DNA of 64,000 nucleotides, taken from positions 227,790,001-227,854,000 of the forward strand of contig NC_058368.1 of assembly GCF_018350175.1 (NCBI RefSeq), read 5' to 3'. Shown piece after piece: positions 1 through 12,779 of the stretch (its first letter is position 1; the number at the start of each line of letters is the position of its first letter). The stretch comes from Felis catus (lineage: Eukaryota). The position numbers and the translations under genes are program-made. The notes below the pieces were generated by a model, which ran no database searches, was not told the DNA's origin, and saw only the letters and a list, made by a program, of their open reading frames with translations.

Positions 1-2079
1 GAGCGCTCTACGTGAGCATAACTCGTACACTATTTAACCACTATTTTAGTCTCTTCTAATACATTTCTCTTTATACCTTTTATTCCACCGAAAAAAATGT
101 CTCCCTCATAGTTCTGATTTGATCAGAATACTAAAAAAAAATCCACATTGTTTCTTAAACACCTATCTATTTAATAAATCTGTTTAAAATCACATCTGCA
201 TTCAGATCTAGCCAAGAGAAGATACACATATGTGACAAAGATTGCTCTTACTAGTTGCTAAAGAGCAGATCTTAAATTTGCATATAAAGAAGAATGCAAC
301 ACTGTTTGCCCAGGAAGGTCCTACATATGCTTCGGTTAGAAAATGCTTGTTCCAATGTTGTATACCTTCAGTCACACAGGGCAAAACTTTCCACTGTTTC
401 ACATCTTAAATTAGTGTATAAATGAGGATGTATGTTCGACCACAGGTTAACTTACAGCAGGAGCAAGTCTGCACTGATACTCCCTGCTTACGTTGTTGGT
501 CCACTTACAGTTAGTGACAGGAAACCATTTCCAACTATGGGCTTCATGCCGGGTATGTTTATAGCTAGACCTACAGTACTCACTCACATCAAGCACTCTG
601 TAGGCCCTTAAGTATTACACTTACCTTTTACACACAACACATCTTTGAGATGATGGTTCTTTCTGAGACCGTAAACATTCGTCTCTTGGATTCCTCCCCT
701 TCTGAGGAAATTATTTTGGTAGCTGTTACAATTATCAGTCATTGGTCTGACAATAACCTATGGTTTTCACTGGCAAGTCAGAGGAAGATGTAGTCAAAAG
801 ATCAGAAAATTACATTAACATGTTTTGTTGTTGTTGTTGTTTCTGCAGTCATAAGGAATCCTCAAAAGCTCTAATTCCCATGTGGCATGGCTACAAGTGG
901 CCACCATTCCCAAAATGTCAAGGGAACAGATCCAAGCTTTGGCCTAATTGCTCATACCAGATCCCAGGCGGGAGCAGGGAGAGTGGCAAGAAAGAAAAGT
1001 GACAATGAGGGGCAGTGAAAGGGTTAAGGAACGGAGGCGGGTAACACAGGGACAAAGAACAGACTTCCAGGTCATGGATCATTCTTTGATATCCACCTCA
1101 TTTTTGTTGACTTCAAATTTTAATTTTAATCTAATTCAGAACTACAAGAGAATAAACACGGCTGAACAGAGTTAAGTTGGTGCTTTAAAATTATACCGTT
1201 ATAATCAACAATCACCTATGTGGTCTCAGACGAGCCGCAGCCTCCTTAGGCTCAGTTTCTCCGTGTGTGAATGAGGAAGTGAGACAAAATACTGTACTCA
1301 GAATGGAAATGTGATTTTTCACAAGGATCATGCCATTTCATGCTTCCAACCTTCTACATACAGCCAGCCCCATCATCTAACTTGTAACCTTCCCACGAAA
1401 CTCAACTAGAGGGTCCTCCAGCTCCTGGGGTCGGATCCAGCACACTCCTCTCTTGGGCGCCCACACCCCACACACCCTGTCCTAGCCTGTGATCATCCGC
1501 CCCCTCGTCTCGCCAGGTTCCTCCACCACCCTAGGGCTCCCGAGGCCCGGTGCCCCATGCTCAGGCTGTTCTGCCCAAGGGAGGAAAGGATAAGCCGGCA
1601 CCCTGGGGACCCTGTCTTCTGGGGGCACTGCAATGCCCTCCCCCAGGTCCGTCTCACCCTAAGAGCTGAGATGATCAAATTTCCTGACAACAGAAGGACC
1701 AGCAACTTGAAAATACTGCCAAGGTATTCTTTTTTAAAGACCTTCAGTATAAAACTTACAGCTTTGCTCAGAAGACAACCACAAGTATGAGCAAAAGTGG
1801 GGGTGGGGGGGAAATGTGGAGCATGAATACCAACAATCTCTTCATTTCCAAGGAACCAGCTACAAACAAAAGAAAGGGGAACAGGTGGGCTAGTTCATAT
1901 GCACTTGTTCTCAGACAAGCAAAACTACCAAAGGGTTACTTTCATTGTAAATCTTGTTGTTGTTTTTTTTCTTTTTAGGTCAGAGTACACTTTAAAGCAC
2001 TGAAAATAAAAAGGGGTCCTCTGTACAACTCCTCAAACGGCAGCCATGGAGTGCAACTGAAAGATGACTGCTGCAGACG

Positions 2080-2460
2080 ACAAACACAAAGATTTAGCCA
2101 AAAGGGTGTTTTCTGCAGCATCGTTTACCAGAGCAATAGGTAGGAATTGCCCTAAATGACCAACAATCAATGACTGGTTTAATGCCCTCCAGTAAGAGCA
2201 ACGGAACAGTAGTAGATCCCTTACAAGTAACGGCATGAAAGTGTTTACAGAAGAGTCACTTCCATGTAATCTGGGCAGTTAGAAACAGAGAAGCACCAAG
2301 ACAGGCCAGGGGATGATCACTGAAGCCAAGAGCTGTGTGCTGGGTGGTCACGACCGATTCTATTTTTACGAATGTCTAAATGTTCCAATTTTAAGAAATG
2401 ATGGCAAATATAGTTCCAGGCATAGAAAAGATATTCATGATATACTCTCTAAAACGTGTC
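2080..2460 (+). mobile_element. Old degraded L1 (L1ME-like) fragment
   Basis: 'ctgcagcatcgtttaccagagcaatagg...ccctaaatgaccaacaatcaatgactggtttaat' resembles L1 3'-region consensus. Confidence 0.45.
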
Positions 2461-2667
2461 ATGAGGTATTTTCCTGAAATAAAATTTAAGTGCCATTAAA
2501 GACCCTCATTTTAGCAGATGCGGTCCTGTGGTCAGAACACCTGGATGTGGCCACCTGGCAAGCCAGTTACGGGCTCTGAAACCCGAGAACCATTTGCCAT
2601 CACTGGTCCTCAATGTCTTCCTCTGAAAAATGGAGACATCATCTACCTCTTAGAATTAAATGAAACA

Positions 2668-2869
2668 GGGGCGCCTGGGTGGCGCAGTCGGTTAAGCGTC
2701 CGACTTCAACCAGGTCACGATCTCGCGGTCCGTGAGTTCGAGCCCCGCGTCAGGCTCTGGGCTGATGGCTCGGAGCCTGGAGCCTGTTTCCGATTCTGTG
2801 TCTCCCTCTCTCTCTGCCCCTCCCCCGTTCATGCTCTGTCTCTCTCTGTCCCAAAAATAAATAAACGTT
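2668..2869 (+). mobile_element. Young Can-SINE (SINEC_Fc type), inserted in a MIR remnant
   Basis: tRNA-derived head GGGGCGCCTGGGTGGCGCAGTCGGTTAAG, B-box GTTCGAGCC, (CT)n, AAATAAA. Perfect 15-bp TSD gaattaaatgaaaca at 2653-2667 and 2870-2884. Confidence 0.95.
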
Positions 2870-2939
2870 GAATTAAATGAAACAAATGGCAAAGGGTTTT
2901 TATAAACCACAATTTGTCAGATAAATTTTGACTTCACGA

Positions 2940-3990
2940 TTTTTTTTTTTTAAATATTCACCCATTTCAAGTGAACCACTGAGTCTTAGTAAATTTACAG
3001 CTGTGCGGTCAGCACCCGATCCATTCTGACCACCCGCATCACTCCACTGCACCCGCTTGCCTCTTCACAGGCGACGGTCTAGCCTTAGGCCAAGGCAGCC
3101 ACTCATCGGCTTTCTGCCTGTGTAGTTCTGCCTCTTCTAGAAATTTCATACAAACGGAGTCAGACAATACATGGCATTTTGCATTTGGCTTCCTTGCCTC
3201 GGCACAGTGTGGTTCAGGCCCATCCTCTTTGTGCGTGCATCAGAAGGTTTGTCCTTACGGCTGAATTTCATTGTACGGATAGGATAGACCACATCTCCTT
3301 GGACGTTTAGATGGTCATGTTTGGCCGTCAGGAGTAACGTGGCTGGACTTTGGAAGTCTTTGCCGGAACATGTTTTTATTTATCTTGAGGCAGATACCAA
3401 GGACTGGAACTGCTAGGTCACGCGGGTGAGCACAAGTTAAAATTTTAAGAAACTACAAACCGTTTTCCAAAGCGGCTGCACAATGTTACATTCCCACCAG
3501 CAATTTATGGGGGCTCTGGTTCCTCCACAGCCTCATCACCACTTGGCGTACCCGTCTTTCTCATGACAGCCCTCCTCGTGGGTGGGCAGTGGTCAGCGTG
3601 GCTTAAATTTGCACTTTCCTCGTGATTAATGATATTGAACACCTTCCTATGTGTTTATTTGCTCCCCATATAGCTCCTTTGTTGACATGTCTATTGAAAC
3701 CTTGTGTTAATTTTTTAATTTGGTGTTTGTCTTCTTGAATTGTAAAAGTTATCCACATAATCAGGTCCTTTATGGGACACATGATTTACATGCATTCTGT
3801 CCTGTTCTGTGGCTTATTTCAAAAGGCAAATGTTAAATATGATATTCATCAAATTTTTCTTTTGTTGTTCATGCTTTCTGTATACTATCTAGGCAATCTT
3901 TCATTAACCCAAAATTACAAAGATGTTCTCTTATGCTTCCTTCTCGAAGTTTTATAGTTTTACTTTAGTTTTGTGATCTATTTTCATAAT
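2940..3990 (-). mobile_element. L1 3' fragment (L1MB-like)
   Basis: Poly-T start followed by typical antisense L1 3' motifs ('ttttccaaagcggctgcacaatgttacattcccaccagcaat', 'tttgcactttcctcgtgattaatgatattgaacacc'). Confidence 0.75.
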
Positions 3991-5284
3991 TTGTTCCTCG
4001 GTAGAGAAAACCAGTGATAAAACCATATTGCAAAATGACCTCTTTAAACCATATATAAAATATGATTATATATGCTTCTGTGTAGTTATGTGCAAACATA
4101 CAAACATAAATAGAAAAAGCCTAACAGGATACACACCAAAACACCAGATAGGTACTTGTATTTTAAAGAGTTTTATTTTCTTCTTTTTTGGCGATCCTCG
4201 GGAATAACGTATAATAAAGTGGTTTCAAAATGCTATCCTCCCAGCTGTAGGCTCTAGAATAGAAGCTGCAGCCAGAGACATCCTGGAGGTTGGCAGGACA
4301 GGAGGGAAAGGGGCTGCTGAGACTTGGAGAGCCTCACAGTTTAGAGAAAGAGAAGACTTAGCTCAGCTTCTAAGGATGAGGGACACCTGGAGAGCCCGGC
4401 TGCAAGCCGAGTGCAGAGAACGCAAGGTACTCACGACGGCGGAGAGACTCTAGGTGAAGCCAACAAGATGCTTCGTTCCTAAGAAAGCTCCTTCTTCTAA
4501 AGAGTACATTTTAAAAAGACAAAATCAGTGTGCTCTAGAACACTAGTAATTCTTATATGCTGTGTTTTTAACAACACAGCATCCAGATAATAAAAATTAA
4601 TGAGTTAAGGAGTGTGGTATGCAGTTCTTCATGAATTAGGTTTAATTACAACTACGACTGGAAGACTCCTATTTTTGCCGGGAGCTTTTATCCTTCTGTC
4701 CTTGGCCAATGAACTTCAGATACAAGACAGATCTTCGTTTTGAACTAACTGTAATGAACAGCATATTTAATTATAAGGTGACTTCAAACCTTCAAATGCT
4801 GAGGAACTATAGTCCACTGCTGTGGGCACCTCTGAATGAAAACAGTTAGCTGCTTCATTATACTGGTGAATTTTTAATTCCTGTTTCTCTGGATCACGTG
4901 TTCTGTTTTCCAAAGAATTTCCAATCCACAAAAGAAATAGCCAAGGAAGCATGTGATGGATGTGCTCAGTCAACTCCACCGACTCAGAGCTCCGGCCCCA
5001 AAGCAGACACTTCCGGCAGCTGCAGCTTACACAGCGCTGTTCTTTGGGTTTTTCTGGCAACAGCTGATGGTTCAGGACAACAAAATCCTGTACCCTCCTT
5101 AATCTGCGGGCACTTCCCTTTACACCACAAATATGGACATTCGGCTCTACCGCAGTCACGTGACAATGCAGAGAGAAGAAAGAAAAGCCTGGAGGTGAGC
5201 ATTTTAAAGAGGGGCGACAGCACGTTGTCTTCTAACTAGGCTTCTAACAAGTCTGATCAACACCCCCGACAACTGTTATTAACA

Positions 5285-5440
5285 AGACGGACACGATGCT
5301 TACGTGGGATCGGGGCCTCTTCTAGGCACTACACAACATTCGGTGATTGGATCTGAATCTAAACCTGAGTGGGTACTTTACAGTGGGGAAACTGAGGCAG
5401 AGTGAGGCGAAGTAACTTACCCAGGTCTGGCCGCTACTCT
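5285..5440 (-). mobile_element. MIR remnant
   Basis: MIR core 'tttacagtggggaaactgaggcagagtgaggcgaagtaacttacccaggtc'. Confidence 0.7.
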
Positions 5441-5755
5441 GCACAGCGGCTCCCCCACCATCTGTCCCCTCCGAGGAACTCTCAGGCTAAGCTCCCAAAC
5501 ATCCGAATGGCACTGTGACTCACCGTGAGGAGACGGGGCTCACCACAACCGTCTTCAGACAACCTCTTCCACAAATTGCACTTGAAATGATGCTCAATCA
5601 CTCATTTCTCCAAATGTCTACTTAACGAGACATGATTGGCTGCACTTGAGGGCGGGGTCCCACATGACGCACCTCCCTACCCTGACCGACCATCCGATGG
5701 CCGTCTACCCACAGTGGCCTAGAGGTGCCGGCGACCATAAAGACAGAGACAGCCT

Positions 5756-5787
5756 GGCGGAGGCGGAGGCAGAGGCGGAGGCGGAGG
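5756..5787. repeat. (GGCGGA)n hexamer repeat, about 5 units
   Basis: ggcggaggcggaggcagaggcggaggcggagg read directly. Confidence 0.85.
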
Positions 5788-6829
5788 TCTCACTGCTCTG
5801 TGCTCTCCCTCCGACAGAGAAGAAAAGCAGGCCTTCCTCCTGTCGCTCACCCCACACGCCAGCAACCCGAACCCGCCCACGCCCTCCTTCGTGCTCCGCT
5901 CCGTGCAGTACAACATGAGACTGGTGCCTTCAAAACCAGTATTTTCTTGTGTGAGGTCAGGACGAAATCTAGTAGCAGCACAACCACAGATGACACCTTC
6001 CTGGCTCCAAACAAGCATTTCCCAAGAAAGAAAAAGCATAATCAGCTCTTAAAGTCTATAGCTATTGGCAGGTGCTGGTATTTTACCAAGGTCTAGAAAC
6101 ATTCAAGGCGTTCATCCAGACCCTAGAAAGAGAGCTGCTCTTCTCCTACACGTGTTGATCGTGCTTAAAGCACCAGATTCATCTCGAGGTACATACGACG
6201 TTAACAATAACGAAAAGGAAAAAATTACCAGTTCTGCTGCACAGTCAACTAGAACTCACTTTCCGCCTCGAACTGTGTGCTCCACTCCTTGTGTTTCCCT
6301 AACAGCCATCGGCCCGCACCCTCTCCACCACCACCACCAGCTCAGCCTAGCCCAGAGCAGGCTCCTCTGTCCACATGGACCCAGGCTCCCTGGCCCAGAG
6401 TCCCTCTCACACAGAGGACAGGGCCACACTGCCCCTGCACCAGACTCTCCTAGAGAGGGCAGGTCACAACGTCCCTCCGTGACTCAGTCACATTCTTGAG
6501 GATGTGGAGAGTCATACTAGACGGATGACAAAATTACTAAAAAGGCTGTTTCTTAGAATGCATTACTTTGTATACTTAAGAACATGAAACGGTAATCTGA
6601 ATATGAGATCTGATCTTCACATTATTCCATCATTAAACACAACGCCAGATCTATCTGACCAGAAAACATGTGCTGAAAAAGATCACCCCCCTAAACTGAT
6701 TCTGAAGAATACTGTCAGAATTAAAATAATGCGTGCAAGGGTTTTGTAGTCCTTGGGAGGAAAATGTTTCTGGAAACAGGGCACGAAGCTTACTGTTTTC
6801 TTATTTTTATTTATTTTTTAAAAAGATGC

Positions 6830-7100
6830 CAAAATGAAGACTCTAGCGTGGTCACCTCCTAAGTAATCACCTTGGGATGCTACAGACTGACTCCAACACT
6901 ACAAAAATGCCGCGAGGGCTCAAAGCCATCTGGAAGCTCTCTTTTCAAATTGCCTATTACAGCCTGTGGCACATTCTCTGATGTGGTAAACGGTTATTCT
7001 TTCAGAACCTCTTCGAATCTGGAAAATAAGTAAATTATCCTGTGCCAAGTAGAGATGAATAATACTAAGAAGAATAATGAAACTTGGTTACTCTGTTAAA
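6830..7100. mobile_element. Ancient mariner-like DNA transposon relic (MARNA-like)
   Basis: 'gtcacctcctaagtaatcaccttgggatgctacagac...ctcttttcaaattgcc' resembles recalled mariner-type consensus; family uncertain. Confidence 0.4.
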
Positions 7101-7124
7101 AAAAAAAAGTTATGAATATACTTG

Positions 7125-7230
7125 GTATATCAGGTATCGAATCATTACACAACAAACCACCCCAAAACTTAGAGACTCAAAACAATGACTTATTATTTCT
7201 TATGACCCTGTGAGTTGACTAGGTAGTTCC
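7125..7230 (+). mobile_element. MaLR (MLT1-type) LTR fragment
   Basis: 'aacaaaccaccccaaaacttagagactcaaaacaatgacttattatttcttatgac' is a typical MLT1 LTR terminal motif; strand assignment uncertain. Confidence 0.6.
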
Positions 7231-7727
7231 TAAAATTTATAAATAAAATCATTAATCAAAGTTATAAATGACTGGAATGGAATACTGACATTCACAATAC
7301 CAGCCAGGGTATTTAAAATCAGCTTGAGTTCACGGCCTTCAAATGGCCCAGAAATGTTGGGCTGGCTATATGCTACTTTTACAAGATGACAGGAGGACTT
7401 TTATTTTTATCTTTTTTCCTGAAACTGTGAAAGCAAATTTGACCACCAGGTGGGTCCACCTATACCTCTGGGCCCAGATTTTCCGTCACTTCTGTGTTTT
7501 TGCTTTTCGTGTAGATCTTGTGATTTGCAGACAATCTATATTTTAAGAAAAGTGAACAATTTCTTTAGAGTTAATAAATGAACAGAACTAAATCATTAAG
7601 ATTTTCAAAGGAGATCTAGGTGAAGCAGTAAAAAGAACCTCTACCTGTCTCCAAGTAAGGGATCACTTCAGACCACAACTCCTCCCACCCTCCAAGAAAA
7701 AGTTCTGTGATCAAAGGAGTCATGCTT

Positions 7728-7936
7728 GGGGCACCTGGGTGGCTCCGTGGGTTAAGCGTCCGTCTCTTGATTTCGGCTCAAGTCATGATCTCTCAGTCCG
7801 TGAGATCAAGCCCTGCACCAAGCTCTGTGATGACGGTGCGGAGCCTGCTGGGAATTCTCTCCCCTCCCTCTCTCTGCCTGGCATGTGCTCTTTCTCTCTC
7901 TCTCAAAATAAATAAATAAACTTAAACAAAAAAAAA
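7728..7936 (+). mobile_element. Can-SINE
   Basis: GGGGCACCTGGGTGGCTC head, (CT)n, A-rich tail. Degenerate TSD aaaggagtcatgctt / aaagtagtcaagctt. Confidence 0.92.
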
Positions 7937-8103
7937 GTAGTCAAGCTTGATCCTCAAAGTTAACAAATAATGCAGTCAAACATAGTCTTAAAAACTATCC
8001 TGAGCAAAATATTACACTCAAAATGCAATGTATTTATCTGTTATTGACTCAGTGTTTAAAGTCCTATTCGAAATCAAATTTTAATCTTTAAAACAGTAGG
8101 TAA

Positions 8104-8293
8104 GGGGCACCTGGGCAGCTCAGTCAGTTAAGCCTCTGACTCTTGATTTCAGCTCAGGTCATGATCTCACAATGGTGGGATAGAGCCCCGCTGAGCCTGC
8201 TTGGGATTCTCTCTCTCTCTCTGCCCCTCCCTCACTGATGCTCCCACACATGCACTCTCTCTCAAAAATAAATTTTTAAAAAAAGAAAGAAAA
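8104..8293 (+). mobile_element. Can-SINE (internal deletion)
   Basis: GGGGCACCTGGGCAGCTCAGTCAGTTAAG head, (CT)n, A-tail. Confidence 0.9.
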
Positions 8294-10835
8294 TGAATTT
8301 TCAGCTATGAAAAAGCAAAATCTCGGTCATTTGACAATGGAGAAGAAATTAACTCAGTAAACAGGCAATATGTTCACCCACTGGAACTGAATAGATGTCT
8401 AATGTCAGCGACCACAGTAGAACAGAAACGGAGGGGCACCCTCAAGGGACGAACAGCTTATTCTGTGCCCTGAACCCAAAAAACCCAGCAGCTTTCAGTT
8501 AATGCAGTCAGGCCCTCCACTTACGTGTCTCCCCCGCCACTCCACAGCTGGAAGGTTCTTCGGTCTCTACTTGCAGATCCAGCCCACCAATTTCTAGGCT
8601 GACCCAGAGCCCATGGTGGAAATACCAGCCCAGGCCACACAGTCCACAGATACATATGGGACGCTGACAACGTGCCATCCATATCTCAAGCCCTGGGAGT
8701 CCAGATCTGAAAAAGAGATGCTTCCTCCCTGACCCCCGAAGCATCCCCATCCTACAGGGGAGGCTGAAGTTAAACACAGAATGGACACAGGAAGTGTTGA
8801 ATTCCAGTATCAATTGCAATGAAAGATTAAGGACAGGGTCCTATCAAGTGGTTAATACAGAGTTTCAAAGAGGGGTCAGAGAAACCTCACAACAAGGGAC
8901 TCTCCAGCTGAGTGTGGAGGGCAGGGAAGAATGTGGAAGAGGAGGAGCGAGGGTCAGACAAAGGCAGGGACGCCCTCCAGAAGCAGAACAGAGGCACTGG
9001 TGGGTCGAAGTGAGGAGACTTGTGAGGCCAGGGCCACCTGACGGGATGACGAGACACACAAAGCCCCTAGAACACGATGTCTGGCTCCCAGAAGACACCA
9101 CTGCCGGGGCTGGTTCTCCGGCCCCACGATGGGACAGGGTGGGGACAGAAGTCGGGGTGTGAATCACCAGCTAGTGGCCAGGGCACTGCTTTCATGACCT
9201 GCTCCAGTCAGTCAGTGGAGAGCTGTGCTCTGACCGCGGGATAACACTGCTTCAGATGACCTCTTAATCACAGCCATTTGCCCTGGGGAACCCCGATGCT
9301 GGCTACATCCTCTCCTGCAGGTCTGTCTGGATCCATTCTAACAGGGCTAAGACACCCCACTCCAAGCCCTTCTCCACACTCCCCTGTCTGGGCAGCAGTA
9401 CAGCACTACATCTATCTAAAGTTTAAACCAAAGTTTAGCAAGGGAAACCATCAGACCAGAGGTAAAATACACTTCAAGTCGCCAAATGGCAAAGAGGGTC
9501 TATTCAAGGCCAGCAAAGCTCTGGGAGTGAATAGGCCATCCATCACTCCACAAATCTCTGGCTTTGGGGTACAGGGAAGGGGGGAGAGGCAGAAAAAAGC
9601 CCCAGGAAGCTTCCTCGAATGTCTTCTCCATAAAGTCCAGCCAACAGAATGGCATCAAAAGTAGAAATAATCCTTAATAACAACAGTCTCTTCTTAGTAA
9701 AAGAAGCTGGAACTTGTTTTACTGTTTGAAGGCAGTACATCATTATAATTTTCCAAGAACTAATAGGCTTAAATCATTTAACAAAGAATAATATTTTCTT
9801 GAAAGTAGGTAAGATGGCTTTGTGCCTTTCAAAAGAAAGACACCATTCAAGAGAATATTTAGTAATTCTGCCTTAATCTAAAATCTAATAGTACTGGATT
9901 TTTTTTTAAATCAAGGCAAATTCTAAATAACTGTCCTTAATGGAACCTAGAAATAAGAATAGTTAATACCTCCCACTGCAGTTTTGGGGGTACATTTCAA
10001 GAAAATATTTTTCCCTAGTTTCTGATCATTGAAAGAAGTACATGTCTGGAAATGAACTATCTTGCCACTCCTCACAAAGACTCGAGTTTGATTGGAAGCA
10101 TAATTTTCAAAACTGATCTCTGTTTGAGCAAACGCTTCCAAGGCTCAGTGCCACTTAGTCCCATGATGACCAATCTTGATTCCAGAGGGGTTCTGAGGTT
10201 ACAGGTATTAGCAAAAGTGGCTCTTAGAATTCAGTCCACGGTAGTCGACTGTGGGCCTGACTGAACAAGATCAAGAGGGTCAAGAGGTTCTAAGTACACA
10301 ACCCGGTTCTCTAACCTAATGCAAAGGAGCTCACTTAAGTACAAAGTCAAGAGAAGAATCACCCAGGCAATGCAGCTGATCCACCAACTACTTACAATGC
10401 CCCAAACTCCCACCATTATGGTTCCACATTAAGGGTGTGCTGTGGCTTCCAAAAGGTCTCTGTGAAATGTTAGATGAGAGAGTTAACACCTTAAATGAAA
10501 GGGGTGGACCAAATGATCTGAAGTCTCCTGAATCTCTAAAGCTCTGATTCTATATTTAGGACAATTAAATGCTAAGCAGAGAGCAGGGCCCGAAGGACCA
10601 GGAGACTGGGCAAAGGTGAACCTAGGCAGCCAGGAGAGGGAAACAGGCATAACAGAGTGTTAGCTGAAAAATCAAGTTATAAGTCCGAATGTACTAACTT
10701 GCTGCTATATACAAACATCTATATTTATGGAAATAAAACACTAAAAGTACACATTTCAAAACTCTAACCATGATGATCTAGAATGGCAGGATTGCAGGGA
10801 CTTACCTTTTCCATTTGTCTCCCAAATTTCTACAG

Positions 10836-11363
10836 TGCAGTTTGCTGGTAGACCCCTCATAGAGACCAGGGGTTTCTTGCAATTTTACACATCACATAAG
10901 CAGAGGCACTCTTTGCTCCAGACTATCATTAATGACAAGGACATTTTTACAGCAAATATACTTGGAAGAGAGAGTCTCCCGTCAGAGCAAAGGGGCAGGT
11001 TTGCTTATGGTCTTGGAAGGTAGGGAGTGTCTCTCTTCAGAGCCAAGAACAGCCACACTCACAATGCAGTGCAAAGATTCAGACACCCTAAATTCAGGGC
11101 TCTTCTCCTGTAACGCAACCCACCACTCACACAAGTGTCCACTGGCCCTCCATGTGTCACCCTGTGGGAATCAGGCTTCAGAGTACTGGTGCAAAAAAAA
11201 ATGCTGATATCATGACAACTCTTTCCTATCCTGAGTAGTAAAATTCCTTTGTCTCTGGCCCAGAAGTCTCACGTCTTCTGACAGCATCTGTCAAACTGTA
11301 GCAGGCCAATCTTTTAGCCTGCAAATCAGGTGAAAAAGCTCAGACCCTTCATAGCTCTTGACA
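10836..11363 (+). mobile_element. Solo LTR, MER77/MER68/MER21-like (ERVL group)
   Basis: Ends '...gcctgcaaatcaggtgaaaaagctcagacccttcatagctcttgaca', like recalled MER77/MER68 termini. Internal AGTAAA signal followed by 'ttcctttgtctctggcccagaagtctc'. The 5' boundary is approximate. Confidence 0.6.
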
Positions 11364-12779
11364 AATATATGCTAGTGTTACCATCCGAGATGCTCAAATT
11401 AGTGACAGACAGTTTCTACTGCTTGCAACTAAAAGCCATGACTAATGATATAACTGCTTTAAGAATCAGGTCTTTAAGTGTTCAGGAAGGAAGGGAGGGA
11501 AGGGGGGAAAAAAAGAAAAGAAAAGAAAGGGAGAAGGATCCAGAGGACCCTCATCTCTACAAGACAGCACTGGACAAGGCGAAGGGCACTGTCATTCTTA
11601 CTGCACCCCTGCTCTGTGAAAGGTGCCATGCCTGGAGCTAAGGGACACAGCTGGGGACAAGACAGATAGGAAGCATCTCAATACACACATGTATATGCCT
11701 ACCACCCCACAGCAACTACCTGAACCAGGACAAGGTGCTTTGAGAGGGTAGGAGAGGGGAGTCAGAGCAAGTCTGAGGAGGGTTAGGAAAGACATTCTTG
11801 ACATTCCATAGATGTCACTTAACAGTGCACAAGGAGACTTCTTCTCTCATCTTCATCCCAGAGAACGTTTACAAGTTAAATAATCAGCACAAATATACCA
11901 GCCCTCCATCCTTTCAATCCCACTGTTTTTACAATTCTAGAATAATAGCATAATTACAAGATTAGTGCCAAGCAGAGGACTGATAAGCATTCCATGACTA
12001 TGGTCTAACACGAAGTCAATTTAGAGTCACTTAAAGTTGTTAATCATTAACCACAGCCGAATGGCCTTTGATAACCTTTGCATATAAAGTGTTTAGATTA
12101 TCCAATGATTGACACATGCAAATTTAAGCTCTAGGATCTTTAACACTTCATATAGTACCTTGTAGCTAAGAAGGTGGTTAACAGATGAAAATAATTAGGA
12201 TTATCTAAGAATATTGGACTCAGCAAGAAAGAGCATTACATTTCCTCTCAATTCATTCTCTGTGACTTCAGTCAAGTCACTTAACCTCCCAGGCACCAAA
12301 TGCTTATCTGTCATAAAAAGGGATTAGAGCATAGGTCATCAGGACTTCTTCTAAAGGTAGAAGAATTATTTCAACTCATTAAACCAGCATTTAGTGGCAG
12401 TGCTCCATTTCACATATAATGTATCCTGGAAAACATGACTGCTCCTAAATGACAGGCATAAAATGCATAATCTCAGCGAGGTTCAGAAGGGTGTGATTTC
12501 CAATCACAACTAATCTTTGCTATTAATTTTTTTAAAAAGCCATTTTGCCCCATGAAAGCAATATACATGCAAAATGGCCATTTTGGGTGGGAAGGAAGAA
12601 AATACAGATAACCAGTAATCCCGTGTCCTAAAGGCAACCATCATTAACATTTAAATAAGGCTCAGAGTTTTTTTTATAAACACAAATATTTAGATAACTT
12701 TAGATAAAGTCCAGTAAAGTCCACATACACACCCACCACCAACTAACATAGAAGAGACAAAAAAGGAAGTGCTCAGAAA

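Noticed and set aside
2518..2910. ORFs containing 'GAPGWRSRLSVRL', 'MAQSVK...SAQV' and similar, recurring through the window
   Set aside because: Translations of Can-SINE sequence, not genes. The tRNA-like heads are SINE-derived, not tRNA genes.
8500..9280. Possible old LTR-derived segment
   Set aside because: I could not assign termini or family by eye; RepeatMasker would be needed.
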